Below are positions 28,069 through 38,307 of a stretch of DNA of 64,000 nt, piece by piece. The stretch lies in the NCBI GenBank assembly GCA_963662435.1, contig OY759598.1, positions 1,830,507-1,894,506 of the forward strand. Reading direction: 5' to 3'. The translations under genes and the position numbers were made by a program. Origin of the DNA: Dehalococcoidia bacterium (GTDB lineage: Bacteria; Chloroflexota; Dehalococcoidia; Lucifugimonadales; VXLM01). The notes under the pieces are model-generated. The model was not told the DNA's origin, did not search any database, and was given only the letters and a program-made list of their open reading frames with translations. The number at the start of each line of letters is the position of its first letter. Position 1 is the stretch's first letter.

Positions 28069-28182
28069 CGGCGTGCGTCGCCATATATTCGAAGAGAGTC
28101 TCTTTCCCTATGCTGAGGGCGGGCGATTGGCGTACCATATAGTGGCTGCAACCAACGTTTACCGGAGACCATTCCCCAACCC

Positions 28183-28974
28183 GTGAACATCATCGTGTGT
28201 GTCAAGCAGGTGCTCGACCCCGAGATGCCCGCTTCGGCGTTCAAGGTTGACCCCGAGACCAAGCGAGTGGTCGAATCGCAGGGGACACCCCCAGTCCTCA
28301 ACGGATTCGACGAAAACGCGGTCGAGGCGGCACTTCGCATCAAGGACGCCGTCGGCGCGCATGTAACCGCGCTCTCCCTGGGCCGATCATTCGTCATGGA
28401 CGTGGTCAAGAAGCCTCTTTCGATGGGAGCCGACGATCTCGTGCTCCTGGAAGACGAGGCCTTCCACGATCTGGACTCATTCGCCACGGCCACCGTCCTG
28501 TCAGCGGCCGTCCGGAAGATCGGTGACTATGACCTCATCCTCGCCGGCCGACAGGCGTCCGACTGGGACAACGCCCAGGTGCCGCTGGGAATAGCAGAGA
28601 TGCTGGAACTTCCCTGTCTCTCCGTCGCGCAGAAGGTGGACGTTGCCGACAGGACCGTATCCGTCCAACAGGTCGTGCCCGACGGCTACCAGGAACTGGA
28701 GGCCGACCTGCCCGCCCTCGTAACGGTAACGAACGAGCTCGGAGAGCCCCGATACGCGACCCTTCGCGGCATCATGGCAGCGGGGCGAAAGACCCCGACG
28801 GTCTGGAACGCGGGAGATCTCGGCATCGATGCGTCGGCCCTCGCGCCGAAGGTCACCATCACCGACCTCTACGTCCCGGTTACCGATCGCTCCGTGGAGA
28901 TAATCGAGGGGGAAGACGACGCCGACGCAGGGCGCAAGCTAGCCCTCAAGCTCCGCGAAGACAAACTCATCTGA
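28183..28974 (+). CDS. etfB: Electron transfer flavoprotein beta subunit
   Basis: IIVCVKQV, FDENAVEAALRIK, LSMGAD, GRQASD and EPRY motifs. Confidence 0.93.
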   Translation: MNIIVCVKQVLDPEMPASAFKVDPETKRVVESQGTPPVLNGFDENAVEAALRIKDAVGAHVTALSLGRSFVMDVVKKPLSMGADDLVLLEDEAFHDLDSFATATVLSAAVRKIGDYDLILAGRQASDWDNAQVPLGIAEMLELPCLSVAQKVDVADRTVSVQQVVPDGYQELEADLPALVTVTNELGEPRYATLRGIMAAGRKTPTVWNAGDLGIDASALAPKVTITDLYVPVTDRSVEIIEGEDDADAGRKLALKLREDKLI

Positions 28975-29009
28975 ACCGAATTCTCACTAGCCAATACTCT
29001 CTACCCCAA

Positions 29010-29993
29010 ATGACCAAAGTCCTCGTTCTAGGCGAACTGAATCACGACAATTCCCTCAACCCCGTATCGGGTGAGCTGATCGCCGCTGCTCTACAGCTCT
29101 CGGACGACGTCGGCGTCGCTCTGTTGGGTTCAGGGGTGGAAGGAAGTGCCGGACAGGCAATTGCGATCGGCGCGTCGGCAGTCTATGTCGTCGACGACCC
29201 CGCTCTCTCCGGGCCGGAAATCGACCGCAAGGTCACGGCGCTCACGGAAGTCTGCAATCAGGTCGGGCCCGAGGTCGTTCTCATTGGCAGGACGCAGGAC
29301 GGTCGCGAGATCGGCCCGCGCGTGGCATTCCGTCTCGGGGCCGGACTGGCGCAGGACTGCATTCGCGTCGGAGTCGATGGCGATACGAGACGTGTTGTTG
29401 CTACGAGGCCCGTGTACGGGGGAAGCGCGATGGCAGCAGTCACGTTCCCAGGGGATGGCGCGCAGGTTGTCATCATGCGCGGCAGGGCATACGAAGCTCT
29501 CGATCCGGACGTCTCCCGAAACGGCGACTTCGTGCCGATTTCAGTCGATCTCTCGACCTCACTCAACCGCGTGAGGAACATTCGCACCGTTGCGCAGGCG
29601 AGCGAGGGCGTGAGGCTTGAAGACGCGAACATCGTCGTGGCAGGCGGTCGCGGGCTCGGAGGCCCGGAGCCGTTCGAGGTCATCGAACAGCTCGCGGACG
29701 TACTCGGAGGGGCGATGGGGGCCTCGCGGGCGGCGTGCGACGCCGGATGGATCGACCACTCGTACCAGGTCGGGCTGACCGGCAGGACGATTGCGCCGAA
29801 CGTCTACATCACCGTCGGGATTTCGGGCGCGAGCCAGCACATGGCGGGATGCTCCGGGGCGAGGCATATCGTCGCCATCAACAAGGACCGCGAGGCAAAT
29901 ATCTTTAAGGACGCCTCTTATGGGGTGGTAGGCGACTGGGAGGCTGTTATACCATCCTTCATGGAAACCGTCAGAGACCTCGTGAACTCTTGA
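29010..29993 (+). CDS. etfA: Electron transfer flavoprotein alpha subunit
   Basis: VVAGGRGLG, GASRAACDAGW, QVGLTG, GISGASQH and AINKD motifs. Confidence 0.95.
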   Translation: MTKVLVLGELNHDNSLNPVSGELIAAALQLSDDVGVALLGSGVEGSAGQAIAIGASAVYVVDDPALSGPEIDRKVTALTEVCNQVGPEVVLIGRTQDGREIGPRVAFRLGAGLAQDCIRVGVDGDTRRVVATRPVYGGSAMAAVTFPGDGAQVVIMRGRAYEALDPDVSRNGDFVPISVDLSTSLNRVRNIRTVAQASEGVRLEDANIVVAGGRGLGGPEPFEVIEQLADVLGGAMGASRAACDAGWIDHSYQVGLTGRTIAPNVYITVGISGASQHMAGCSGARHIVAINKDREANIFKDASYGVVGDWEAVIPSFMETVRDLVNS

Positions 29994-30095
29994 ATTTCAT
30001 GACCACAACGTGCTATAAATTGATGTGTCGTGTCGTCGAGAGTCGCTTCAGGCTTTTGGCGCCGATTCATTAGCTTCCGGGAGGGATGTCCATTC

Positions 30096-30542
30096 ATGGA
30101 TCGCGACGATTTCGCTGTCGACCTTGAGGAGCTTTTCAACGATATCGATAACGCCGAAATTGTTTCAATATCCTTCCCCACCTTCGATAGGTCCGCCGTC
30201 TTCGACATGAGGAGCAATGAGTCCGATGGGCCGATGCTCCGTCTCATGCCAATGGTCTCATCTCCCCGCGAGCGAATCAGAAGCGTGCGACGTCTCCGAC
30301 CCGGATTCCCACGCGCGACCGGTCTGACGGTCCTTCCGTGGCACGGCTACGTCGATACCCTCGTGCAGAATGGCATCTGGGCCAAGCTCGTTGAGAGGTT
30401 CTCCCGGTCAGGCTCGAACCAGCGCGAATCGCAAGACACCTGCGCCTCCATCCTCAGGGAGCTCAGGCAATGTGAAAAGTCCGAGATGACCGCCGCCATC
30501 CTCGGCGACAACTATCACACCATCTGGACATCTCGTAACTGA
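30096..30542 (+). CDS. Hypothetical protein
   Basis: ATG at 30096 after GGAGG, with TGCTATAAA -10-like element upstream. No recognised motif. Confidence 0.65.
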   Translation: MDRDDFAVDLEELFNDIDNAEIVSISFPTFDRSAVFDMRSNESDGPMLRLMPMVSSPRERIRSVRRLRPGFPRATGLTVLPWHGYVDTLVQNGIWAKLVERFSRSGSNQRESQDTCASILRELRQCEKSEMTAAILGDNYHTIWTSRN

Positions 30543-30795
30543 GTCGACCCGGTCGTCTTCTCCTCCTCCCTATTCTTCTTTGACCGGACTCCCTTTACTG
30601 TTGTTCTGCGAGTAGTTCTTCGCGCCTTCCCATTCGTCCACCTCCTGGCGACTGCCATTCTTCCAGATGGCGTGGACCGCATCAGGTCGTTTCTCTTGCG
30701 TGGAATGCCACAAGCTCGGAAGATATGCTTGCGGGACTCTTGAATGAGGGTGAGTAGGATTCCCGCGTCGACAATTACGAGCCTGCAAGGAGTTG

Positions 30796-31635
30796 ATGTT
30801 GCAACACGGTATAGACATTCCCCCATTTGAAGAGTTCGCAGACCCGCGGTTCATGGCGGAGCTTGCGTATGAGGCGGAGCAGGCGGGATGGGACGCGGTG
30901 TTCACGTGGGACCACGTGTGGCTGGGATTGAAGGTTCCCTTCGTCGATCCGTGGGTGGCGTTGTCGGCGATTGCCGCCCGAACGGACCGCATTCGTATAG
31001 GGGCGATGGTGACGCCGCTCGCTCGAAGGAGGCCCTGGCAGGTGGCCCGTGCGACGGTATCGCTCGACCATCTCTCCGACGGGAGACTGATCTTCGGAGT
31101 AGGACTGGGGGGCCCGATTGACTCCGAGTTCGCGGCGTTTGGAGAAGAGACAGACAACAAGGTACGGGCAAGGAAGCTAGACGAGGGACTCGATGTGTTA
31201 GCGGGGCTCTGGAGCGGCGAGCCATTTTCGTATGATGGCCAGGAGCACAAGATCGATGACGTGACGTTTCTTCCAAGACCAATACAGCAGCCGCGCATAC
31301 CCATTTGGGTGGGCGGCCAGTGGCCGAACCGCGCGCCATTCAGAAGGGCGGCACGGTGGGACGGGGCGTTCCCGATAATCAGCAAAGGCAACACACCTAT
31401 CACGCCGGACGTACTCCGAGAGGTCGGCGATTACGTCAGTGAGCACCGGACGAGCGACGGGCCGTTCGACATGGTCGCCGGCGTGGGGAACCCGATGGAC
31501 GATGCTTCCGAGGTGGCAGACCGCGTCGCCGCCCTTGAGGAGGCGGGGCTGACATGGGCAATCTACAGCTTCGGGTCGTGGTACGGGACCATCGAGGGGA
31601 CGAGGGAGCGGCTTCGGCAGGGGCCTCCGGGGTAG
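30796..31635 (+). CDS. LLM-class (luciferase-like) flavin-dependent oxidoreductase
   Basis: AEQAGWD..FTWDH, DPWVALSAIAART, LDHLSDGRLIFGVGLG and PIWVGG motifs. Confidence 0.92.
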   Translation: MLQHGIDIPPFEEFADPRFMAELAYEAEQAGWDAVFTWDHVWLGLKVPFVDPWVALSAIAARTDRIRIGAMVTPLARRRPWQVARATVSLDHLSDGRLIFGVGLGGPIDSEFAAFGEETDNKVRARKLDEGLDVLAGLWSGEPFSYDGQEHKIDDVTFLPRPIQQPRIPIWVGGQWPNRAPFRRAARWDGAFPIISKGNTPITPDVLREVGDYVSEHRTSDGPFDMVAGVGNPMDDASEVADRVAALEEAGLTWAIYSFGSWYGTIEGTRERLRQGPPG

Positions 31636-31764
31636 GGGGAGGGACAATAGAGTTGCTCAGAGGGAGTTCGGCCCTTCGACAGGCTCAGGGCGAACGGTTG
31701 CTTCGTTCCTGTCTCCTGCGTGGAATTGACTGACATGATTCTCGCGATAGTATCCTAGCAAGCG

Positions 31765-32958
31765 ATGCGTCACCTTCGGCTGCCGTCTACGACGTTGCTG
31801 GTCTTTCTGGCAATCGTGTTCCTGGATGAACTGGTGGGTGGCGTGGCGAACGCCGCATGGCCGGTTGTACGTGACGACCTCGATCTGACATACGTGCAGA
31901 TCGGACTGCTGTTGAGCGTGCCGGGCATCGTGTCCAGCTTCGTGGAGCCGTTCATCGGCATTTTGGGCGACGTGGGTTACCGCAGGGTGCTGGTGCTGGG
32001 AGGGGGCGTGGTATTCGCAGCGGCGGTCGGGCTCATTTCGGTCAGCCAGGGATTCGTCGTATTGCTCGTAGCCTGGGTGATTTTCTATCCGGCGTCGGGT
32101 GGGTTCGTGAGCCTGTCGCAGGCGTCGTTGATGGACCTCGATCCTGCGCGCCGCGAGCAGAACATGGTGCGCTGGGAATTCGCGGGGTGGGCCGCGGTCG
32201 CGCTCGGCCCTCTTGTACTGGCAGGGGCCGTCGCGGTCGGTCTGGGGTGGCGGGTTGCGTTCATGGCGATGGCCGTTCTCACGATCCCAGCAATTGTCGC
32301 GGTGTCCCGAGTGTCGCTCGGGCAGTCAAGCGACGAGGCCGACCGAAGCACACGTTCCTTCCTGGACGGGACACGAACCGCGTTGAGTGCGCTCAAGCGG
32401 TTCAGGGTAGTCAAGTGGCTTGCATTGCTGCAGGCATCGGACCTGATGCTCGACATACTTCTCGGCTTCCTGGCGCTGTACATGGTCGATATTGCCGGAG
32501 CATCCGAGTCGAGCGCTGCATTGACGCTCTCGGTGTGGGTAGGAGCGGGCGTCGTTGGCAACCTGATTCTGATTCCATTGCTCGAACGAGTGCGGGGACT
32601 GACATATCTGAGGTACAGCGCGATCGCAGCCCTCGGAATTTATCCTGCGTTCCTACTTGCGTCTTCATTCCAGTTGAAGCTTGTCCTCGTCGCGCTTTTG
32701 GGGTTCGCGTGCGCGGGTTGGTACTCCGTGCTCCAAGGGCGGGCCTATTCATCGCTGGCGGGGCGGAGCGGGACCATCGTGGCGCTCGGCAACGTCTTTG
32801 GGATTGTCGCCTCGGCGATCCCGTTCGGGCTTGGCGTGGTGTCTGATCGCTGGGGTCTCGGCACGGCGATGTGGCTGCTCCTTGCGGGGCCGGCCGCGCT
32901 GCTGTTTGGACTTGTGGCAGGTGCAGGGTCGGACAGCAGTGAGTACGACGCGGGATGA
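31765..32958 (+). CDS. MFS transporter
   Basis: About 12 hydrophobic segments, with GILGDVGYRR and GVVSDRWG loop motifs. Confidence 0.88.
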   Translation: MRHLRLPSTTLLVFLAIVFLDELVGGVANAAWPVVRDDLDLTYVQIGLLLSVPGIVSSFVEPFIGILGDVGYRRVLVLGGGVVFAAAVGLISVSQGFVVLLVAWVIFYPASGGFVSLSQASLMDLDPARREQNMVRWEFAGWAAVALGPLVLAGAVAVGLGWRVAFMAMAVLTIPAIVAVSRVSLGQSSDEADRSTRSFLDGTRTALSALKRFRVVKWLALLQASDLMLDILLGFLALYMVDIAGASESSAALTLSVWVGAGVVGNLILIPLLERVRGLTYLRYSAIAALGIYPAFLLASSFQLKLVLVALLGFACAGWYSVLQGRAYSSLAGRSGTIVALGNVFGIVASAIPFGLGVVSDRWGLGTAMWLLLAGPAALLFGLVAGAGSDSSEYDAG

Positions 32959-33134
32959 GGGGATTCACCGCAATGAGCACAGAGGACACAGAGTGGATCA
33001 GATGGGGTATCATGGCGACGGCCTACGGGAGGGGAGCCCCCCTTCCTTAGTCCTTCCCCAAGCAGGGGAAGGATAGGGATTTAGGAATGGGTTCCCTTGG
33101 GCAAGGATACAGATCTCACGACAAGGAGTAGACA

Positions 33135-33980
33135 ATGGCGCGTGAACAGCTTCGGTTTCTGGTGGTGATGGCGCATCCGCATGACTTTACCCACGTGGCG
33201 GGCACGTGCGGAGTACAAACGGGACTGGGCGACGAGGTGATCTGGGTGTCTATGACGTCAGGCAGGATGACCCACAACGAGCGTTTGGCCGACGAGCTGA
33301 AGAAGCCCGAAAGCGAGCAGAACCCGGCAATTGTGAACCAGTCGGCGGAGAGCTATGCGGCCGAGAAGGCGGCGGAGCTCAAGCAGGTCGGAGCACTGTT
33401 CGGCGTCACGGACGTTCGAGTCCTCAAATTCACGGACAAGCCGTTCGTGGTGGAACGGCAGCCGGACTCCATCGAGGCGATGCGTGAGCTGATTCTGGAG
33501 GTCAGGCCGCACGTGATACTGGCGCAGAGTCCGTTCGTCGACGGGCATCACGGCATGGCGTCGGCCACAAAGAACGACCATACGGAGACCGGAATGGCCA
33601 CGATGGAGGCCAAGCTGCTGGCGCAGCTGCCTCGATACGGCCAGCGCACGGCGCCGTATACGGTGCCGGCAACGTACTTCCCCGGCGTTTATTTCGCGCG
33701 CGAGTATTGGGACTTCGCCGTAGACGTGACAGACCAGATCGACGCCCGCAAGAAGGCCGAGGCGATGTACAAGTCGCAGGGTCACAACGAGGAGTACGGG
33801 GCGCGGAGGGTGGAGTTATCCGTGGGCCATCAGGGCATGTCGTCCGGCGTCCCGTACGCCGAAGGGTTCGTGCAGGAGAGCGCGCCGACTGTGCCGCATA
33901 TCGATCTGTCTCCCTACACGCTCCGCAAGGGGACGGAGACGCGGGCGGACACGATGAATGTGATTGCGGGGAAGAGGTAG
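33135..33980 (+). CDS. PIG-L/LmbE family deacetylase
   Basis: AHPHD metal motif, NDH, YKSQ and YAEGF. Confidence 0.82.
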   Translation: MAREQLRFLVVMAHPHDFTHVAGTCGVQTGLGDEVIWVSMTSGRMTHNERLADELKKPESEQNPAIVNQSAESYAAEKAAELKQVGALFGVTDVRVLKFTDKPFVVERQPDSIEAMRELILEVRPHVILAQSPFVDGHHGMASATKNDHTETGMATMEAKLLAQLPRYGQRTAPYTVPATYFPGVYFAREYWDFAVDVTDQIDARKKAEAMYKSQGHNEEYGARRVELSVGHQGMSSGVPYAEGFVQESAPTVPHIDLSPYTLRKGTETRADTMNVIAGKR

Positions 33981-34130
33981 GGGAAGCACCCTCACCCCAG
34001 CCCTCTCCCACGAGCGGGAGAGGGGGTTGCGCCGGCGGGGAAACGAAAGAGGGGCAGGTTTGAAACCTGCCCCTGCGGGTTTCCATCCTACTGATGTGAG
34101 GCGTATCCGGTCGATTACGCCCGTTCGGCC

Positions 34131-35693
34131 CTAGCTGGTTGGGACGGGCTCCGTGGGGAGCTTCTGGTCTTCCATCTCGGCTAGGGCGCGGTTGAGGGCG
34201 TTCATGTAGGCTCTGGCGCTGGCGACGATGATGTCGGTGTCGGAGCCGCGTCCGACGAACGAGTTGCCATTCTGCCGGATGCGGATGGTGACGTCGCCCA
34301 GTGAATCGACTCCTTCCGTGACGGCGTCGACTCGGAACTCGGTCAGGGTATTCGGCACACCGACGATGCGGTTGATGGCCTGGTAGACGGCGTCGACGGG
34401 TCCGGCTCCGGTGGCAGCGTCGGTAACTGTCTCGCCGTCAGGATTAACGAGCTGGACGGTGGCCGTGGGGATCTCTCCGTTGCCGCAGGTGACCTGCACG
34501 CGCTCCATCTTGTAGACCTGAACAACGTCCTGGCGCCGGCGCTGCATGGACATGAGCGACATGAGGTCGGCGTCTGTCACCTCGCGCTTGCGGTCTGCAA
34601 GCTCCTTGAAGGCCTGGAATGCCAAGTCGAGTTGCGACTGGTCGAGGGTGAAGCCCAACTCTTCCAGCCGGGACCGGAGACCGGCGCGTCCGCTCAGCTT
34701 GCCGAGCACGAGACTGCTGCTCGGCCAGCCGACGGTGTGCGGGTCCATGATCTCGAAGGTGGTGCGGGACTTGATGACGCCGTCCTGGTGGATGCCGGAG
34801 GCGTGACGGAAGGCGTTCGCCCCGACGATGGCCTTGTTGGGCTGGACGGGGAACCCGGTGATGTCGCTGACGAGGCGGCTCGTCCGGTAGATCTGGCGGG
34901 TGTCGATGTTGGTCGTCACTCCGAGGGCGTCGCCGCGTGTCTCGATGGTCATCATGACCTCTTCGAGGGAGGCGTTGCCCGCTCGCTCGCCGAGGCCGTT
35001 GATGCATCCCTCCACCTGTCGAGCGCCTTCTATTACGGCAGCGATGCTGTTGGGCGCGGCGTTGCCGAGGTCGTTGTGGCAGTGGACGCTGATGATGGCC
35101 TTGTCGATGTTAGGGACGTTTTCCTTGATGAGACGAATGCGCTCGGCGAACTCGGACGGCAGGGCGTAGCCGACGGTGTCGGGGATGTTCACGGTGGTGG
35201 CCCCGGCGTTGATGCAGGCCTCGAGCATCCTGTAGAGGTACTCGATGTCGGTACGCGTGGCGTCCATCGGCGAGAACTCGACGTTGTCGCAGAGGTTTCG
35301 CGCGCGTTCGACGGATGAGACGGCCTGATCGAGGACCTCTTCGGGGTTCTTGCGAAGGAGGTCCATCAGGTGGCTGTCTGAGCTTGATATGAAAGTGTGG
35401 ATGCGAGGCTTGTCTGCACCCTTGATGGCGTCCCATGCGGCGTCGATGTCGCCGGGAACACATCGCGCCAGCGAGGCGATGGTGGGAGTGCGAACCTCCG
35501 CGGCGATAGCGGAGACCGCCTCGAAGTCGCCGGGCGAGCTTGCGGCGAATCCGGCCTCGATGATGTCGACGCCAAGTCGTTCGAGCTGCCTGGCGATTTC
35601 CATCTTCTCGTCGAGCGTCAGGCCGATCCCGGCGGACTGCTCGCCGTCTCGCAGCGTGGTGTCGAAGATCAGTACGTTGTCCTTGGTTGTCAT
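34131..35693 (-). CDS. leuA: 2-isopropylmalate synthase
   Basis: FDTTLRDGEQ, HCHNDLG, GERAGN and HASGIHQDG motifs, plus regulatory domain GAGPVDA. Confidence 0.97.
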   Translation of the reverse strand: MTTKDNVLIFDTTLRDGEQSAGIGLTLDEKMEIARQLERLGVDIIEAGFAASSPGDFEAVSAIAAEVRTPTIASLARCVPGDIDAAWDAIKGADKPRIHTFISSSDSHLMDLLRKNPEEVLDQAVSSVERARNLCDNVEFSPMDATRTDIEYLYRMLEACINAGATTVNIPDTVGYALPSEFAERIRLIKENVPNIDKAIISVHCHNDLGNAAPNSIAAVIEGARQVEGCINGLGERAGNASLEEVMMTIETRGDALGVTTNIDTRQIYRTSRLVSDITGFPVQPNKAIVGANAFRHASGIHQDGVIKSRTTFEIMDPHTVGWPSSSLVLGKLSGRAGLRSRLEELGFTLDQSQLDLAFQAFKELADRKREVTDADLMSLMSMQRRRQDVVQVYKMERVQVTCGNGEIPTATVQLVNPDGETVTDAATGAGPVDAVYQAINRIVGVPNTLTEFRVDAVTEGVDSLGDVTIRIRQNGNSFVGRGSDTDIIVASARAYMNALNRALAEMEDQKLPTEPVPTS

Positions 35694-35868
35694 GGTGTTT
35701 CTCCCCTATTCGGCAGGCTTGTGAGTTTCTCTAACCCTTTGGTCGGTTAGTGATGGGCCGTTACCTAAGGGTGCCGCAGTCCGCCATGTCGAGCCCTGCC
35801 TGGACCCGCCATTGCTGGCGAACTACGTGGGATTCCTCCGCTGTTTGGGTGGTCATTTTCATATCCGG

Positions 35869-36201
35869 TTATATGCTGTCGAAGAGTCCTTCAAAGAGAC
35901 CGTCAACGTTGCATGAGATTTCAATTGTCCTGTTGACGGCATCCTTGTTGATGGGGCCGTAAATGTGCGGGAACTTTTCCTCGCCGCCCTGCTCGTACCT
36001 GGTCTCCGGGTCCAGCTTGGTAGGCATTAGCTCGAGGATGAGCAGATCATCCCTGCCTCGAAAGTTTCTCTCAGCAACGGTCTCCAGTTGGTGCTGCTCC
36101 GAGCAGTGTATGAATCCGTCCTCCTGATATCTGTTGGGAGCGTAGGTTGGCTCATTCGCTTGAGACTCCCATTCGGCTCCAATGGATATGTGGTAGATCA
36201 C
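35869..36201 (-). CDS. DUF952 family protein
   Basis: IYHI, DGFIHCS and FPHIYGPIN motifs. Confidence 0.88.
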   Translation of the reverse strand: MIYHISIGAEWESQANEPTYAPNRYQEDGFIHCSEQHQLETVAERNFRGRDDLLILELMPTKLDPETRYEQGGEEKFPHIYGPINKDAVNRTIEISCNVDGLFEGLFDSI

Positions 36202-36205
36202 TTTC

Positions 36206-36632
36206 TCAGTACAGTCTCTTGCCCATGCTTATGCGGTCTTCGACCGAGAATCCTCGTTTTTCGTAAAAGTCGACTACGATTGAATTCGAGCCTACCACTT
36301 GCAGATTCACCTTCAGGCAACCCAGAGCCTTCAGGGACTGTTCGATCTTCTCTACCAGTGCCGTTCCGATTCCTCTGTGTCGCTCGCGCTCGTCGACCGC
36401 CAGCGAGTAGACCCAACCGCGATGTCCGTCGTAGCCGCCCATTACGGTGCCGATCACCCGGTCATCCGCGACTGCGACCAGGAAGAGGTCGGGGTCGCGG
36501 GAGGTCTTTTGCCTGATGGATAGCAGAGGGTCGTTGTGCAGTCCGTCGTAGCCGAAAACATTGGTCCACAGCGCGACGACGCTCTCCGTGTCGGTTTCAG
36601 CAAACCTCCGGATTTCGAATGCCTTCTCCCAT
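36206..36632 (-). pseudogene. GNAT acetyltransferase (YpeA-like) with apparent frameshift right after the start codon
   Basis: Frame AFEIRRFAETD...VIGTVMGGYDGHRGWVYSLAV...GCLKVNLQV is open. The RBS-preceded ATG at 36632 is one nt out of frame (ATGGGAGAAG versus expected ATGGAGAAG). Confidence 0.65.
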
Positions 36633-36656
36633 TGTTGGCTGGCCTCCTATGGGTTG

Positions 36657-37658
36657 TTAGTCCGCGTCTTTGAGGAAACTCATCATGCCGCGCAGCTCCG
36701 CGCCGACCTTTTCGATGGAGTGTTCTGCGGCTTCCTTACGCAGCTGGGTGAAGCGGTGGCGGCCCTCGTCGTTCTCTGCTATCCACTCGCGGGCGAAGCT
36801 GCCGTCCTGAACGGCCTCAAGGACCTTCTTCATGTTCTCCTTGACATGCTCGTCGACGACGACCGGACCTCGCGTGAGGTCTCCGTACTCTGCCGTGTCG
36901 CTGATAGAGTAGCGCATGTACTCCATCCCGCCCTGGTAGAGCAGGTCGACGATGAGCTTGAGCTCGTGCATGCACTCGAAGTATGCCGACTCGGGCTGGT
37001 ACCCGGCCTCGACGAGTGTCTCGAATCCGGCCTTGATGAGGGCTGTGACGCCGCCGCAGAGGATGGTCTGCTCACCGAACAGATCGGTCTCAGTCTCCTC
37101 TTTGAAGGTCGTCGTGAGCACACCGGCTCGCGTGCAGCCGACACCCCTGGCGTAGGCGAGGCCGATATCGTGGGCCGAGCCGGATGCGTCCTGGTGAATG
37201 GCCAAGAGACCCGGTACGCCGGAGCCGCGAGTGAACACTTCGCGCATGCGGTGGCCAGGCGCCTTGGGCGCGACCATGGATACGTCGATGTTCTCCGAGG
37301 GAGTGATGGTCTCGTAGTGGATGTTGAAGCCGTGCGCGAACATGAGCGTTTTGCCCGCGCCCATGTGCGGTGCAATCTCATTGTTGTATACATCGGCCTG
37401 AAGGTGGTCGGGGATGAGGACCATGACGACTTCGGACTCTGCGGCTGTCTCATCGACGGTTCCGACGCGAAGGCCGTCGGCCTCGGCCTTCTCCCGGCTC
37501 CTGCTACCCTCGTACAGACCGACCATTACGTTGAGGCCATTGTCTTTGCAATTGAGGGCGTGGGCGTGGCCCTGACTGCCGTAGCCGATTATGCCGATGG
37601 TCTTGTCCTCCAAGAGGGACAGTTCGGCGTCGTTGTCGTAGAACATCTCTGCTGGCAT
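36657..37658 (-). CDS. ilvC: Ketol-acid reductoisomerase
   Basis: [31 protein letters not shown] and ETDLFGEQ motifs. Confidence 0.98.
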   Translation of the reverse strand: MPAEMFYDNDAELSLLEDKTIGIIGYGSQGHAHALNCKDNGLNVMVGLYEGSRSREKAEADGLRVGTVDETAAESEVVMVLIPDHLQADVYNNEIAPHMGAGKTLMFAHGFNIHYETITPSENIDVSMVAPKAPGHRMREVFTRGSGVPGLLAIHQDASGSAHDIGLAYARGVGCTRAGVLTTTFKEETETDLFGEQTILCGGVTALIKAGFETLVEAGYQPESAYFECMHELKLIVDLLYQGGMEYMRYSISDTAEYGDLTRGPVVVDEHVKENMKKVLEAVQDGSFAREWIAENDEGRHRFTQLRKEAAEHSIEKVGAELRGMMSFLKDAD

Positions 37659-37746
37659 TTTTTGTATAGACTCCGTTTAGTTGTATTTTTCTCCGAGCCC
37701 CCTCTCTTAGTCTCTCCCCCGCCGGGGGAGGAGATCGAACTGGGAC

Positions 37747-38307
37747 TTACACCGATGCGGCTTCGCCCCAACTGCGGCGCCTGGCTCCGGCTTGCTGGTC
37801 GTGGAGGTGGCCTATCCATCGCTCCATAACGATGGTGCCGGTCCTCATGACCTCCATGATGCCGAAGCGTTTCACAAGGCCAAGCAGGGACTCGATCTTG
37901 TCCTGGTCGCCGGTGACTTCGACGATCAGGTGGTCGGGTGAGACACCCGCTATCTTGGCGTTGAAGATCTCGACAATCTGGATGATCTCCGAGCGAGTCT
38001 CGCTGGTAGCTCTGATCTTGATGAGGGCGAGCTCGCGGGAGACCACGTTGTCGCTGGACACCTCGGAGACGCGGATTACGTCGATGAGCTTATGCAGGTG
38101 CTTGTTGACCTGCTCGATGGTGCGCTTGTCGCCCTCGACGACGAATGTCATTCGCGAGAGGTCGGGCTCTTCGCTGTGGCCAACGGCGAGGCTGACGATG
38201 TTGAAGCCACGACGCCGGAACATGCTCGACACGCGGTTGAGAACTCCGGGTTTGTCCCGGACGAGGGCCGTAATGGTATGGTTCTGGATTGTGCCGTTCG
38301 TGGTCAT
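37747..38307 (-). CDS. ilvN: Acetolactate synthase small subunit
   Basis: ACT domain DKPGVLNRVSSMFRRRGFNI and RELALIKI. ATG at 38307 overlaps the ilvB stop. Confidence 0.95.
   Translation of the reverse strand: MTTNGTIQNHTITALVRDKPGVLNRVSSMFRRRGFNIVSLAVGHSEEPDLSRMTFVVEGDKRTIEQVNKHLHKLIDVIRVSEVSSDNVVSRELALIKIRATSETRSEIIQIVEIFNAKIAGVSPDHLIVEVTGDQDKIESLLGLVKRFGIMEVMRTGTIVMERWIGHLHDQQAGARRRSWGEAASV

Noticed and set aside
35762..35862. Short ORF upstream of leuA as a leucine leader peptide
   Set aside because: It has no run of Leu codons and no clear attenuator hairpin with a U-tract.
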